Part shown: piece by piece, positions 28,151 to 37,729 of the stretch | Numbering within the stretch: position 1 is the first letter of the stretch | Layout: each line of letters opens with the position of its first letter | Source of the DNA: Candidatus Micrarchaeota archaeon | GTDB lineage: Archaea; Micrarchaeota; Micrarchaeia; Micrarchaeales; CABMGC01 | Length of the DNA stretch: 64,000 bases | Reading direction: 5' to 3' | NCBI GenBank assembly: GCA_027365175.1 | Contig: DAHXNY010000001.1 | Location: 51,052 to 115,051 of the forward strand | The notes under the pieces: model-generated | Databases searched by the model: none | The model's input: only the letters and a program-made list of their open reading frames with translations | What the model was told of the DNA's origin: nothing | Program-made: the position numbers and the translations under genes

Positions 28151-28252
28151 GGGCTCTTGGCGCAACGGTAGCGCGCCTGCATGGCATGCAGGAGGTTGCG
28201 GGTTCAAATGGCCTTTAGAGTTTCTATGGGCCTGCAAGTCCCGCAGAGTCCA
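28151..28252 (+). tRNA. tRNA-Ala(GGC) with a 30-nt non-canonical intron in the T-loop (59/60)
   Basis: Acceptor GGGCTCT/AGAGTCC with the G3:U70 Ala identity pair. D arm GCGC-AACGGTA-GCGC. Anticodon arm CCTGC-ATGGCAT-GCAGG. T stem GCGGG...CCCGC is interrupted after TTCAAA by 28209-28238. The BHB-like fold has outer helix = T stem, central TTCA/TGCA (one U-C mismatch), bulges AAT and AGT, and inner helix GGCC/GGCC. Confidence 0.85.
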
Positions 28253-28307
28253 TATCCTATTGCTATAATGCTAGTGCGCACCGCATGTAATAGTTTATTT
28301 AAGCATT

Positions 28308-28856
28308 TTGCTAATTAATATCATGCCAAGAGTAAGGAAAGGAGGTTTCATTTATAGGAATGCCGTCTATATTAAGAGCGTTGCCAGAATAATGTTTGGG
28401 TTTGTCTGGCTCATAGATGCTTATTTCAAGTTTCAGCCTGGTTTTGCACAGAATTTTTCTAATCTCATACAGGCGGGTGGGCAGGGACAGCCTGGCTGGC
28501 TGGCCCCTTGGTTTTCCTTCTGGGTTAACTTTACTTCAATGAATCCGGCTGCTTGGGGATATGTCATTGCTTTCTCCGAGCTTGCCGTAGCTATCTCCTT
28601 GATCTTCGGATTTATGCGCAGAATAGGATACTCGGGAGGATTTTTGCTTAGCTTGTTGATATGGAGCATTCCGGAAGGATTCGGAGGGCCTTATGGCTCT
28701 TCCTCAACAGATATAGGAACTGCAATAATATATGCCATCGTTTTCATCATGCTGATAGTCATAAATGCTGAACAGGGTACAAGCAAATACTCGGTAGATA
28801 GTTTTGTGGAAAAACGGGTTACGTGGTGGAAGAAGGTAGCGGAATTCAGCGCATAG
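28308..28856 (+). CDS. small integral membrane protein (DoxX-like, tentative)
   Basis: 182 aa with about 4 TM helices. The family assignment is weak. Confidence 0.5.
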   Translation: MLINIMPRVRKGGFIYRNAVYIKSVARIMFGFVWLIDAYFKFQPGFAQNFSNLIQAGGQGQPGWLAPWFSFWVNFTSMNPAAWGYVIAFSELAVAISLIFGFMRRIGYSGGFLLSLLIWSIPEGFGGPYGSSSTDIGTAIIYAIVFIMLIVINAEQGTSKYSVDSFVEKRVTWWKKVAEFSA

Positions 28857-28887
28857 CCTAAACTTACCGGATCTGTCCTCTTGCGTA

Positions 28888-30195
28888 TTACAGTTCCCTT
28901 AACGCATCTATAGGCTGCATCTTTGATGCGCGCCATGCAGGATATACTCCTGCTATTATGCTTACGAATACAGCTACAAAGAGTGCTTCTGCTATCAGTT
29001 CAGGAGTGAATACAGGCCAGTATGATAGGGAGGAAAGTCCCGAAGATGAACCTCCTGAAGAGGATGAAAATCCTAGTCCTGCACCTCCGCCTCTGCTTGC
29101 TGATGCGCTTCCCGGACGTGGCGCTGTGCTTGCGGTCGCGGTGCTGTTTGATGAAGACAAATGCTGCAAAGCAGATAGGCCATATGATGCTGATGCGCCT
29201 ACTATTATGCCGAGTATTCCGCCTAGAATGCCTATTATCAGCGCCTGCATCATGAATATGAGGAGTATGTGCCTGCTCCTGAAGCCCAGGGATTTCATTA
29301 TACCTATCTCGTGCGTCCTTTCATATACTGCTATCAGCATTACATTCATTATGCCTATTGCAGCTACGAGCAGCGATATCCCTGCAACCACTCCCAGGAA
29401 CAGGCTTATCGCCCCTATTATGCTGGATACCGTCTGAAGTATCTGCTGGGTTGTGGTCACGGTTGCACTGGTTCCGTATATGTTTGTTAGCAGATTTGAC
29501 AGTGGAGTAACGGCAGTTATGTTAGCCGCTTTGAGCAATATGACAGTGTAGCCCTGTTTGTGCAGTATGAGCTGCGCCTCCTGAAGTGAGACCAGCATTG
29601 CAGTATTGATATTGACGATAGAAGTGCTGGACTGCTGCATTATTCCGGTTACAGGCATCGAGTATGAGCCGCCGGATGGCCCTTGCAGTTTTATCGTTAC
29701 CGCCTGCCCTACCTTAACGTTCTGTGTGGCTCCTCCCAGGGAGGATGGAAAGGCTACACCATAACCTATTACAGAAGATGGTGTGGGAGTATCCTGGTAC
29801 ATAGAACCTTGGTACAGTGATGCTACGCCTGGAAGCTCAGTCGCCCCTTCTGCAGATATGCCTATGAAGGTGGCAGAAACATTCTGCCCGTTAGCATATA
29901 CATATGCAGATCCTATTACCAAAGGTATGACGGAGCTGATATTGGGCAGCGATGAAAGGCGGCCAACATCTGCTGCTGAAAATCCTGTTGATTTTGAGCT
30001 GCTCAGTATGATGGTAGTAGGGCCCAGGGAGCTTAAGGAGTTAGATATGCTTGAGCTTATTCCCTGTGTCTGTGATACGAGGGCTATTATCGCAGCTACC
30101 CCTATCATTACCATTACTATAGTCAACGCTGTCCTTACCTTCTTCTCCTTTAGGTCCTTATAGCTAAGCCAGAATATGTCCTTTACGTTCATCAA
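28888..30195 (-). CDS. ABC transporter permease, MacB/FtsX type
   Basis: N-terminal TM helix, a large extracytoplasmic domain and a C-terminal FtsX-like 3-TM bundle (ERTHEIGIMKSLGF). A Ser/Gly-rich insertion precedes the last helix. Confidence 0.85.
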   Translation of the reverse strand: MMNVKDIFWLSYKDLKEKKVRTALTIVMVMIGVAAIIALVSQTQGISSSISNSLSSLGPTTIILSSSKSTGFSAADVGRLSSLPNISSVIPLVIGSAYVYANGQNVSATFIGISAEGATELPGVASLYQGSMYQDTPTPSSVIGYGVAFPSSLGGATQNVKVGQAVTIKLQGPSGGSYSMPVTGIMQQSSTSIVNINTAMLVSLQEAQLILHKQGYTVILLKAANITAVTPLSNLLTNIYGTSATVTTTQQILQTVSSIIGAISLFLGVVAGISLLVAAIGIMNVMLIAVYERTHEIGIMKSLGFRSRHILLIFMMQALIIGILGGILGIIVGASASYGLSALQHLSSSNSTATASTAPRPGSASASRGGGAGLGFSSSSGGSSSGLSSLSYWPVFTPELIAEALFVAVFVSIIAGVYPAWRASKMQPIDALREL

Positions 30196-30206
30196 TCACG
30201 CACTCC

Positions 30207-31481
30207 TTATTTCCTGCTCCTCTTCCTCTCCCGATAATAGAGCCATGCAACAACTACCAGCGCTACGAACAGGATGAGCGCTATAAGACCGCTGCCGCTC
30301 GATTTTGCCTGCCTGGGCTGACCTGATGTCGAGGTGTTCAGAGCTGCCTGGGTTATGTTCACAGACACGTTCATCATGCTGGTCTGGTTCTGCCTTAAGC
30401 CGTTGAGGTAGTTTATCCTTATAGGTATGTTGTAGGTTCCTGGTTTCAAGTTTGAGCTGGAGATTAAAGTAACAGTTACAGGCGATTGCGTATCTGCGCC
30501 TATATCCCCTATATACACGGGGTTTGTCCCGTAAGAGCTGAAGCCCTTAGGCATAAGCACGTATGCGCTTGCTGCAGATGCTCCGGATGTCCCTATGTCA
30601 GTAAGAACAAAGGATATTGAGAATATGCTTCCCTGCGGCACTGTAGAAGGAGAGAGTGTTATTCCTGACGGCAACAGGTTTATGGCGCCTGTTGGTATGA
30701 TAGAGGTGCTGTTTAGCACCTGCTCAAGATCCGATCCTGAATAGAAGGTCGCAGTTATGTTTACAGGGAAGGATTCTATCGAGGCGTTCCTTGAAACGAA
30801 GACGCTTGCGTTTATCTTGGATTCGTTGCCAGGGCCCAGTGCTTTTATGTTGTACTCCTGGCTGCCTACAACCGCTCCGTCTATCGGTGGGAGAGACCAG
30901 TGAACGTTTATGTTTGAGATGCTGGAATTTCCATTATTCTTTAATCTTATGGTTATATTCTGTATTTCACCGGAAGTCAGGGTCTTCGGAGTCATGTTCA
31001 CAGTAAGCTGTGAAGGGCATTGAACAGCTATCAGAGAGAGGTTCCTCACCTCGCTGTCAGAATAGAGCTGCAGGTAGTAATAGGATATTGATACTGGCAC
31101 CGTATTGATCAGCGGTGCGCTCTGATTTACGAATACGTGCAGATATATTGTTGCTGAACCTAGAGAGGGTATGCTCCCTATGTAAGCCGTGCCGTTCCCT
31201 GCTGAAGCAAGGTACCTGGATGAACCAAGGCTAAGCGTCACTCCCTGCATTGCGGTCCCGGTAAGATTCTGTGTGCCTACTCCCAGGTAATTCGTCTTTG
31301 CATTGGTAACAGTTATCGGTATGTTGTTGATCTGGCCTTTGCACAGCAGTATAGGCTGCGACGTTACCTGGAAGTTTGGTGGCAGAGGTATTGGCGATGG
31401 CCCGTTTGTCCCTGCATAGACTATCCCCGTAGAGAGCACTGCAAACAGTGCGAATGTCATCATCACATTTGTCTTGTTCAT
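30207..31481 (-). CDS. secreted CARDB/S-layer-domain-like protein with C-terminal TM anchor
   Basis: Signal peptide [23 protein letters not shown], repeated beta-sandwich-like segments and a C-terminal anchor LIALILFVALVVVAWLYY plus basic tail. I place the start at ATG 31481, giving an ATGA overlap with the ATPase stop, rather than the ORF-track 31538. Confidence 0.75.
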   Translation of the reverse strand: MNKTNVMMTFALFAVLSTGIVYAGTNGPSPIPLPPNFQVTSQPILLCKGQINNIPITVTNAKTNYLGVGTQNLTGTAMQGVTLSLGSSRYLASAGNGTAYIGSIPSLGSATIYLHVFVNQSAPLINTVPVSISYYYLQLYSDSEVRNLSLIAVQCPSQLTVNMTPKTLTSGEIQNITIRLKNNGNSSISNINVHWSLPPIDGAVVGSQEYNIKALGPGNESKINASVFVSRNASIESFPVNITATFYSGSDLEQVLNSTSIIPTGAINLLPSGITLSPSTVPQGSIFSISFVLTDIGTSGASAASAYVLMPKGFSSYGTNPVYIGDIGADTQSPVTVTLISSSNLKPGTYNIPIRINYLNGLRQNQTSMMNVSVNITQAALNTSTSGQPRQAKSSGSGLIALILFVALVVVAWLYYRERKRSRK

Positions 31482-32206
31482 CTTATCACTTTTTCCTTCT
31501 CTAATTTTCCATCTCTTATATAGATGATTTTGTCGCAATAGCTCGTTATCTCGAGATTATGCGTTATCATTATTATAGTCACATTCCTGTCTTTGCATAC
31601 CTTTGCGAGCAGTTTGACCACGTTCTCTCCTGATTTAGTGTCTAGGTCTCCAGTAGGTTCGTCTGCAAGTATTAAAGAGGGATCGTTCACTAGAGCACGT
31701 GCTATTGCCACGCGCTGCTGCTCTCCACCGCTTAGCTTTGAAGGCGGCAGGTGCAACCTCTCTCCCAGTCCAAGGCCATCTAACAGTTCAGCTGATTTCC
31801 TGTATCTTTCTTTCTCAGGAACCTCTGTCGCGTTTGCAAGCAGAGGCAGGAAGACATTCTGCTGTGCAGTCAGCCCGTTTATCAGGTTGAATGCCTGGAA
31901 TACGAAGCCCATGTGCTTGTTCCTGAATACGGCAAGTTGTTCATCGTTCATCTTTGAGATATCTTCACCGTCTATGTATATGGCGCCTGCGGTGGGCCTG
32001 TCAACCGTGCCTATCAGGTTCATCAGTGTCGACTTTCCGCTGCCTGAAGGACCGACTATTGCTGCAAATTCTCCCCTCTTTACGGTAAATGATATCCCGA
32101 GTACTGCCTTTACCTCTACATCACCGCTTATGTAGGTCTTGTGTACATCCTCCACTCTGACAGCGATGTTGCCGGACTTGTTAGTGGATTGTGCCATTCG
32201 GATCAT
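31478..32206 (-). CDS. ABC transporter ATP-binding protein (MacB/LolD-like)
   Basis: Walker [10 protein letters not shown], signature LSGGEQQR and Walker [12 protein letters not shown]. Confidence 0.95.
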   Translation of the reverse strand: MIRMAQSTNKSGNIAVRVEDVHKTYISGDVEVKAVLGISFTVKRGEFAAIVGPSGSGKSTLMNLIGTVDRPTAGAIYIDGEDISKMNDEQLAVFRNKHMGFVFQAFNLINGLTAQQNVFLPLLANATEVPEKERYRKSAELLDGLGLGERLHLPPSKLSGGEQQRVAIARALVNDPSLILADEPTGDLDTKSGENVVKLLAKVCKDRNVTIIMITHNLEITSYCDKIIYIRDGKLEKEKVIR

Positions 32207-32288
32207 CCTTAGTGAATCGGACTTAGTTATAGGGATATTAGGCAGTATAGCCTATTATATACGGATACTTGATGCTTCGGTTTTGTAT

Positions 32289-33098
32289 TTATCCGAGGTT
32301 TGTGCTGTAGAACCTTAGCAGCATCTGCCATGCTTCTTCTGCTGCTTTCTTGTTGTAATGCTGTTCTCTTGTGTCATTGAAGAATGCGTGGTGAGCTCCT
32401 GGGAAGACCTTTATTGTGAATGGCTTCTTGTAATCCACAAGAGCCTTTACCAATTCATGTATTCCTGCATTTATCCTGCCGTCCTCTCCCCCATATAAAC
32501 CCATTACTGCTCCTTTCACCCCATTTATCTTTTCTATAGGGTTAGGATTTTCTCCGTAGAATATTACCGATGCATCAGTCTTGCCTGTGCACCCCAGGTT
32601 TATTGACATGCCTCCTCCGAAACAGAATCCTACGCTGCCTATCTTTTCACTGACATTTGGCAATGAATGCAGATAGTCTATTCCGCTTGACATATATTCC
32701 ACAAACAGATCCACAGGCCTGTTCATAAACAGTATCTGATTTACCTCAGTGACTGCCTTTTTCTCATCTTCTGGCAGCTTGGCAAGCTCGTCTGCCCTGT
32801 ACTGCTCGTCCCTCTGTTTGTCTACAGGTATGGACATCATGAACTTCATGGCGGCAGCTATGTTCTGGCTTGATAGAGAGGCTGACAGCTTTTTGCTTGA
32901 GAAGAGATGCGGTGCAAGGACAGTATAGCCCTCTGCCGCAAGCCTGTCTGCCACGTTCCTGGTATGGGCATCTAGGCCGAATATCTCGTGTATCATTATG
33001 ACTCCTGGATGCCTATCATTATCGGCAGGAGCTGCAAGATACGCTTCTACAGAGTCATCCTTAGTTTCATATTTCACGTTTTCAGATTTTGTTTTCAT
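32289..33098 (-). CDS. dienelactone hydrolase family protein
   Basis: Motif HEIFGL, nucleophile motif GFCFGG, and C-terminal histidines (GAHHAF, one likely catalytic). Confidence 0.8.
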   Translation of the reverse strand: MKTKSENVKYETKDDSVEAYLAAPADNDRHPGVIMIHEIFGLDAHTRNVADRLAAEGYTVLAPHLFSSKKLSASLSSQNIAAAMKFMMSIPVDKQRDEQYRADELAKLPEDEKKAVTEVNQILFMNRPVDLFVEYMSSGIDYLHSLPNVSEKIGSVGFCFGGGMSINLGCTGKTDASVIFYGENPNPIEKINGVKGAVMGLYGGEDGRINAGIHELVKALVDYKKPFTIKVFPGAHHAFFNDTREQHYNKKAAEEAWQMLLRFYSTNLG

Positions 33099-33112
33099 TC
33101 CATCACACGTTG

Positions 33113-34045
33113 TTAATATTGTATTTTTATTATGATCTTTCCCTTTGCCTTCCTGCTCTCGCTCAGTGCATGCGCTTCGCTTATTTTTTCCAAAGGCAAT
33201 TCCCTGTCAATGATAACCTTTAGCTTGCCGGAGTCTGCCAGCTTTGCCAGTTCCTCCATAGTCTTCCCATCTGAAGGCACAGAAAGGTATTTTGCGTCAA
33301 TCCCGTATTTATCCGCAGCAGCGTTGTCCGTCGGCCCTGTCAGACTTATTAGTTTGCCCCCTTTTTTCACAATCTTGTATGCTTTTGAGAGAGTCTCTCC
33401 GCCGACAGTATCCAGCAGTATATCCACATCGCTTACCTTTTCGCTGAAATCACCTTCCGCATAATCTATTGCTTCGTCCGCACCCATTGCCTTTAGTGTC
33501 CGCAGATTTGCCTTGGACGATGTGCCTATGACATATGCACCTAAGGTCTTTGCAATCTGTATGGCCATTATCCCTACTCCGCCAGATGCTCCCGTTATCA
33601 AGATCTTTTGTCCTTTCTTTACTCCTGTCATTTCAACCAGAACGCTCCATGCTGTTCCGGCAGCTACAGGCAGCCCTGCAGCCTCCCTTTCTGGCATGTT
33701 TTTCGGAGCGTGAGCTATGTTGCTCTCCTTTGCCAACGCGTATTCTGCATAACTGCCGTTGCTCCCGAAATTTGCCTTGCCGAATACAAGATCGCCTTTC
33801 TTGAACTTTGATACTGAAGAGCCTGCTTTCTCTACTGTTCCTATCATATCTGTTCCAAGAATTGCAGGGAATTTTAATGGCATGCCGTCCTTCATGTGCC
33901 CCGCCCTTACCTTGTAGTCAAAGGGATTAACACTGGCGTAATGAACCCTTACCAGCACCTCTGTGGCCCCTGGTTCTGGTATTGCAATGTCTTCCTGCCT
34001 AAAAACAGTGCTGTCCCCATATTCATGTATAACTGCAGCTTTCAT
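33113..34045 (-). CDS. NAD(P)H:quinone oxidoreductase / MDR-family alcohol dehydrogenase-like protein
   Basis: MKAAVIHEYG..LVRVHYASVNPFDYK and the Rossmann motif ITGASGGVG. Confidence 0.85.
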   Translation of the reverse strand: MKAAVIHEYGDSTVFRQEDIAIPEPGATEVLVRVHYASVNPFDYKVRAGHMKDGMPLKFPAILGTDMIGTVEKAGSSVSKFKKGDLVFGKANFGSNGSYAEYALAKESNIAHAPKNMPEREAAGLPVAAGTAWSVLVEMTGVKKGQKILITGASGGVGIMAIQIAKTLGAYVIGTSSKANLRTLKAMGADEAIDYAEGDFSEKVSDVDILLDTVGGETLSKAYKIVKKGGKLISLTGPTDNAAADKYGIDAKYLSVPSDGKTMEELAKLADSGKLKVIIDRELPLEKISEAHALSESRKAKGKIIIKIQY

Positions 34046-34126
34046 ATAATCATTTTATATTTAGGAATTAATAATTATAATAGTATAGGACATACTATTA
34101 ATACCTTTTAGCATATTGTTGTTTGC

Positions 34127-35854
34127 ATGGCCGCAGATTTGAATAAAGAAGAGTATGATTTGGAGGAGCGCAAGCGGGAGAGCAGGTACGGAAAGAATTA
34201 CAAATGGGTAGCGCTGTCAAATACGACGCTTGGAGTACTGATGGCTTCAATAGATTCATCTATACTGATAATATCCCTTCCTGCGATATTCAATGGCCTC
34301 GGAGTCAATCCGTTGACTCCCGGGAACATAACTCTGCTCCTGTGGCTGCTGCTAGGTTACATGATAATGTCGTCGGTCATAGTGGTTACCATAGGCCGAC
34401 TATCGGACATGTTCGGCAGGGTGAAGCTTTACAATCTTGGCTTTGCCATATTTGCGATAGGTTCTACCATACTATACGCGATAACTTACCTGTTTACAGG
34501 GACTACTGCTGTACTTTTGATGATAATCTTCAGACTTGTACAGGGTTTTGGAGGAGGATTCCTTTTTGCAAACGGCGCAGCTATAATAACAGATGCGTTT
34601 CCACATGGACAGAGAGGGACTGCCTTGGGGATAAACCAGATTGCGGGGATAATGGGCAGTCTTATAGGGCTCATAGTTGGAGGTATACTGTCTGCGATAG
34701 ACTGGCACCTCATATTCCTGATAAGTGTGCCCGTAGGCGTATTGGGAGCAGTGTGGTCTTACCTTGCACTTCATGAGATAGCAACAATAAGGAAAAATCA
34801 GAAGATTGACATTTTGGGCAATGTGACTTTTGCGTCCGCTTTGACGCTTATATTAATTTCAATGACCTACGGGCTTCTGCCATATGGGAGTAGCAATACT
34901 GGATGGTCTAGCCCTTATGTGCTGTCAGGAATAATTATAGGTATAGCGCTTCTTGTTGCGTTTGTCTTTATAGAGCTGAGGGCGAAGGACCCTATGTTCA
35001 ACCTTTATCTTTTCAAGATACGGGCTTTCTCTGCAGGAATACTTAGCCTGTTCCTTGCAGGGATAGCTAGAGGCGGACTTCAGTTTATGCTGATAATATG
35101 GCTGCAGGGCGTATGGCTTCCGCTTCACGGAGTGAGCTTTGTTAACACGCCACTTCAGGCGGGCATAGATATGATACCTTTGCTTATCGGGTTCCTGGCG
35201 ATGGGACCGATAGCCGGACATCTATCCGATAAATACGGGGCAAGAGTGTTTTCCACGCTTGGCATGGTGATAAATGTCATCGGATTTCTCCTTCTGATGA
35301 CTTTGCCCGTGAACTTCAACTACGCGGCATTTGCGCTCATAATATTCGTTTTGGGGTTAGGGCAGGGGATGTTTGCTGCACCAAACACCACCTCAGTCAT
35401 GAATGCCGTTCCTCCAGAACATAGAGGCATAACTGCGGGAATGAGAGCCACCTTCATGAATATGTCCTTCATGTTCAGCATTGTTATCTTTTTTGCACTG
35501 CTGGTAGTCGGGTTAGGAAACGCACTGCCCAGTTCCTTATACAATGGGTTGGTGGCACAGAGCGTTCCTGCAGCTACAGCACAGATAGTATCAAGGCTTC
35601 CTCCAACATCTGCACTGTTTGCTGCACTTCTTGGATACAATCCAATGCTGGTGCTACTTCCACAGAATTCTATAGCATCAATACCAAAAGCAAATCTTAC
35701 GACAATAACAGGCACTAAATTCTTCCCTAACCTTGTTTCAGTTCCTTTTGCCCAAGGGATACATGAGGTGCTGGTAGCGGCTGCGATAATGGCAGGAATA
35801 GCTGCGGTTGCGTCTGCGCTTAGGGGCAAACGTTACATATACGGAAGACAGTAG
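34127..35854 (+). CDS. MFS transporter, DHA2 (14-TMS drug:H+ antiporter-like)
   Basis: About 14 TM helices and MFS motif A, GRLSDMFGRVKLY. Confidence 0.85.
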   Translation: MAADLNKEEYDLEERKRESRYGKNYKWVALSNTTLGVLMASIDSSILIISLPAIFNGLGVNPLTPGNITLLLWLLLGYMIMSSVIVVTIGRLSDMFGRVKLYNLGFAIFAIGSTILYAITYLFTGTTAVLLMIIFRLVQGFGGGFLFANGAAIITDAFPHGQRGTALGINQIAGIMGSLIGLIVGGILSAIDWHLIFLISVPVGVLGAVWSYLALHEIATIRKNQKIDILGNVTFASALTLILISMTYGLLPYGSSNTGWSSPYVLSGIIIGIALLVAFVFIELRAKDPMFNLYLFKIRAFSAGILSLFLAGIARGGLQFMLIIWLQGVWLPLHGVSFVNTPLQAGIDMIPLLIGFLAMGPIAGHLSDKYGARVFSTLGMVINVIGFLLLMTLPVNFNYAAFALIIFVLGLGQGMFAAPNTTSVMNAVPPEHRGITAGMRATFMNMSFMFSIVIFFALLVVGLGNALPSSLYNGLVAQSVPAATAQIVSRLPPTSALFAALLGYNPMLVLLPQNSIASIPKANLTTITGTKFFPNLVSVPFAQGIHEVLVAAAIMAGIAAVASALRGKRYIYGRQ

Positions 35855-35883
35855 TATTTTCTTGCTTCGCATGCTTGGCAGGC

Positions 35884-36756
35884 TTACATTGCAAGCAGAT
35901 CGTTCTTGTTTTTGAACAGGCCGTGCCTGAAGAATGCATAGAATAGGAAGCATGTTATGCCGAAGGGTATGTATCCGATGTAGCCCTCTACAGGCATGGC
36001 AAAGATCTTGACATTGATTATAAGCGATGGCATTGTATATACCCATTGAGGGTATGCTTGATAGTTCCAGAACTCCCAGAAGAAGCCCATTATCAGCCCT
36101 GCGACGCTTGCCTGCAGTATAGTGCTTTTGATCCCGATGCTGGCCTTCTGCAGAAGGCTTGCTCTTCCTGTAATATAATTGAGAGGGTCGAGGAAGAGCC
36201 CTATGCCAGACCACATGAACAGAACGCCTACGGGCCCGAGCACTATTGGAGATAGCATTAGAACCAGTCCAATTGCCACCGGTAGTTTTGCGGAAAAGGC
36301 GTTTGCCGATTTGCTTTTGATGGCTCTTCTTGCGGAATCAAATCTTGTTCCCAGCTTAAGGGCCCTTACCAGTGTGAAGGTTTCCATTACTGCAGGCAGT
36401 ATGGTGATGAAGTCGAAGATGTGCACGTACCAAAGATAGTTTACATAATACCAGCTGTGGGTAAAAAAGTTGTAGAATTCGAATATAAGCCAGAAGGGGA
36501 GTGACAGCACAGCCATTGACAATATTTCCTTGGGATAAGAAGATATTAGGGACTTCCCTTTGATGTGATAAACCAAGCTGTCTGCAAGAAGTATGTAGCC
36601 AGTCCAGATTATGACTATGTACCAATCTGCAAATGGTTGCACAACATAGTGGAAATTAATCTCTGCAAGAAGGATAAGCAGCAGACCTAGATAACCATAC
36701 CATTTCAGCATAAATAAACCTTTGGAAGTGCAGAAGCCATATGTAACTGTTTGCAT
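35884..36756 (-). CDS. polytopic integral membrane protein, unknown function
   Basis: 290-aa ORF, aromatic-rich, with about 8 hydrophobic helices. No family recognised. Confidence 0.6.
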   Translation of the reverse strand: MQTVTYGFCTSKGLFMLKWYGYLGLLLILLAEINFHYVVQPFADWYIVIIWTGYILLADSLVYHIKGKSLISSYPKEILSMAVLSLPFWLIFEFYNFFTHSWYYVNYLWYVHIFDFITILPAVMETFTLVRALKLGTRFDSARRAIKSKSANAFSAKLPVAIGLVLMLSPIVLGPVGVLFMWSGIGLFLDPLNYITGRASLLQKASIGIKSTILQASVAGLIMGFFWEFWNYQAYPQWVYTMPSLIINVKIFAMPVEGYIGYIPFGITCFLFYAFFRHGLFKNKNDLLAM

Positions 36757-37026
36757 TTTGAAATAAATGCTTTTATTATTTGGTATCGGCGTGTTATTTT
36801 AACCTGTCTTTGATGTAGAAGGATATTTGCGGTTGTGTGAATTCTTATCGGTTAAGGAGTGGTGTAATTTTTATAATACTTTCTGAAAATTTGCTCTCTC
36901 TAGTTGCATTTGGGTCAGGTATATGGCGTGTTTGTTCGGTAAAAAAGTAACTTATATAATAATGACGCACAATATGGTTTATGCATTCTGATTCCAGAGT
37001 TCTATGGAAGAGATAGATGATGTAAA

Positions 37027-37590
37027 TTGAGCGGCATTTATTCTATGATACAGGGCTTTAATCTTGCAGCATACCAAGCGTCGCAGGTGATAGCAAGCCC
37101 GCTTCTATACCATATTATGTCATACGTAGTGGAAAGCTACCTGGTAGTGCTTCCGCTGATGGTGATTTATCTGATATATAAGAAGGATAGGAATGTCTTC
37201 GTATTTGCAGTTGCAGGGCTTGTACTGTATATCATAGGAGACATTATCAAGATGATTGTGCGTGAGCCTAGGCCGTGCAGCCTGCAGGGAACGCAGTACC
37301 TTCAGAGCTATTGCGATACAAATTACTCCTTCCCTTCAAATCATGCTACGGTACTGACAGGGCTGGCTCTTTTTATAAACTACAAATATCTGCGGATACT
37401 TTACATCCTTTGGGTCATACTCCTGCTGTTTGGCAAGTTGTTCCTTGCACAACATTATCTTACAGACCTGATAGCAGGAGTGATAATAAGCCTCATAGTT
37501 GCAAGGCTGCTGCAGGTCTACAGCAAGAGGATAAACGATGCGCTTGCAGGAATATTCAACAGGATATTCGGCAGGGTGTATAAGATTTGA
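37027..37590 (+). CDS. PAP2-family lipid phosphatase
   Basis: Motifs KxxxxxxRP (KMIVREPRP), PSxH (PSNH) and HxxxD (QHYLTD). TTG start. Confidence 0.8.
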   Translation: MSGIYSMIQGFNLAAYQASQVIASPLLYHIMSYVVESYLVVLPLMVIYLIYKKDRNVFVFAVAGLVLYIIGDIIKMIVREPRPCSLQGTQYLQSYCDTNYSFPSNHATVLTGLALFINYKYLRILYILWVILLLFGKLFLAQHYLTDLIAGVIISLIVARLLQVYSKRINDALAGIFNRIFGRVYKI

Positions 37591-37645
37591 GTCCATTGTA
37601 CAGTTGTTAAGGATCCTGGTCTGTCACTTATTACCGTATTTTGAT

Positions 37646-37666
37646 TGCTCCCATCGGGATTTGGAC
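37646..37666 (-). repeat. partial duplicate of the tRNA-Glu 3' end (att-like direct repeat)
   Basis: tgctcccatcgggatttgGac here versus tgctcccatcgggatttgAac at 39010-39030 (20/21 identical, same orientation). A weaker match (agggttg) continues after a gap. Confidence 0.7.
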
Positions 37667-37729
37667 TTTAGGGTTGCTTCGTGAATTGATTGCTTGCAAG
37701 GAATCGTATCGTTCTGGAATCCGCGTGCA

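Noticed and set aside
27854-28237. 127-aa minus-strand ORF spanning the Sm gene and tRNA-Ala.
   Set aside because: It overlaps a well-supported Sm protein gene and a tRNA on the opposite strand. It has no motifs.
36757-37026. 270-nt intergenic region with a 22-codon ATG ORF (MACLFGKKVTYIIMTHNMVYAF) and an ATGATG motif.
   Set aside because: There is no SD or TATA in a suitable position, no family resemblance and no structured-RNA signature that I could fold by hand.
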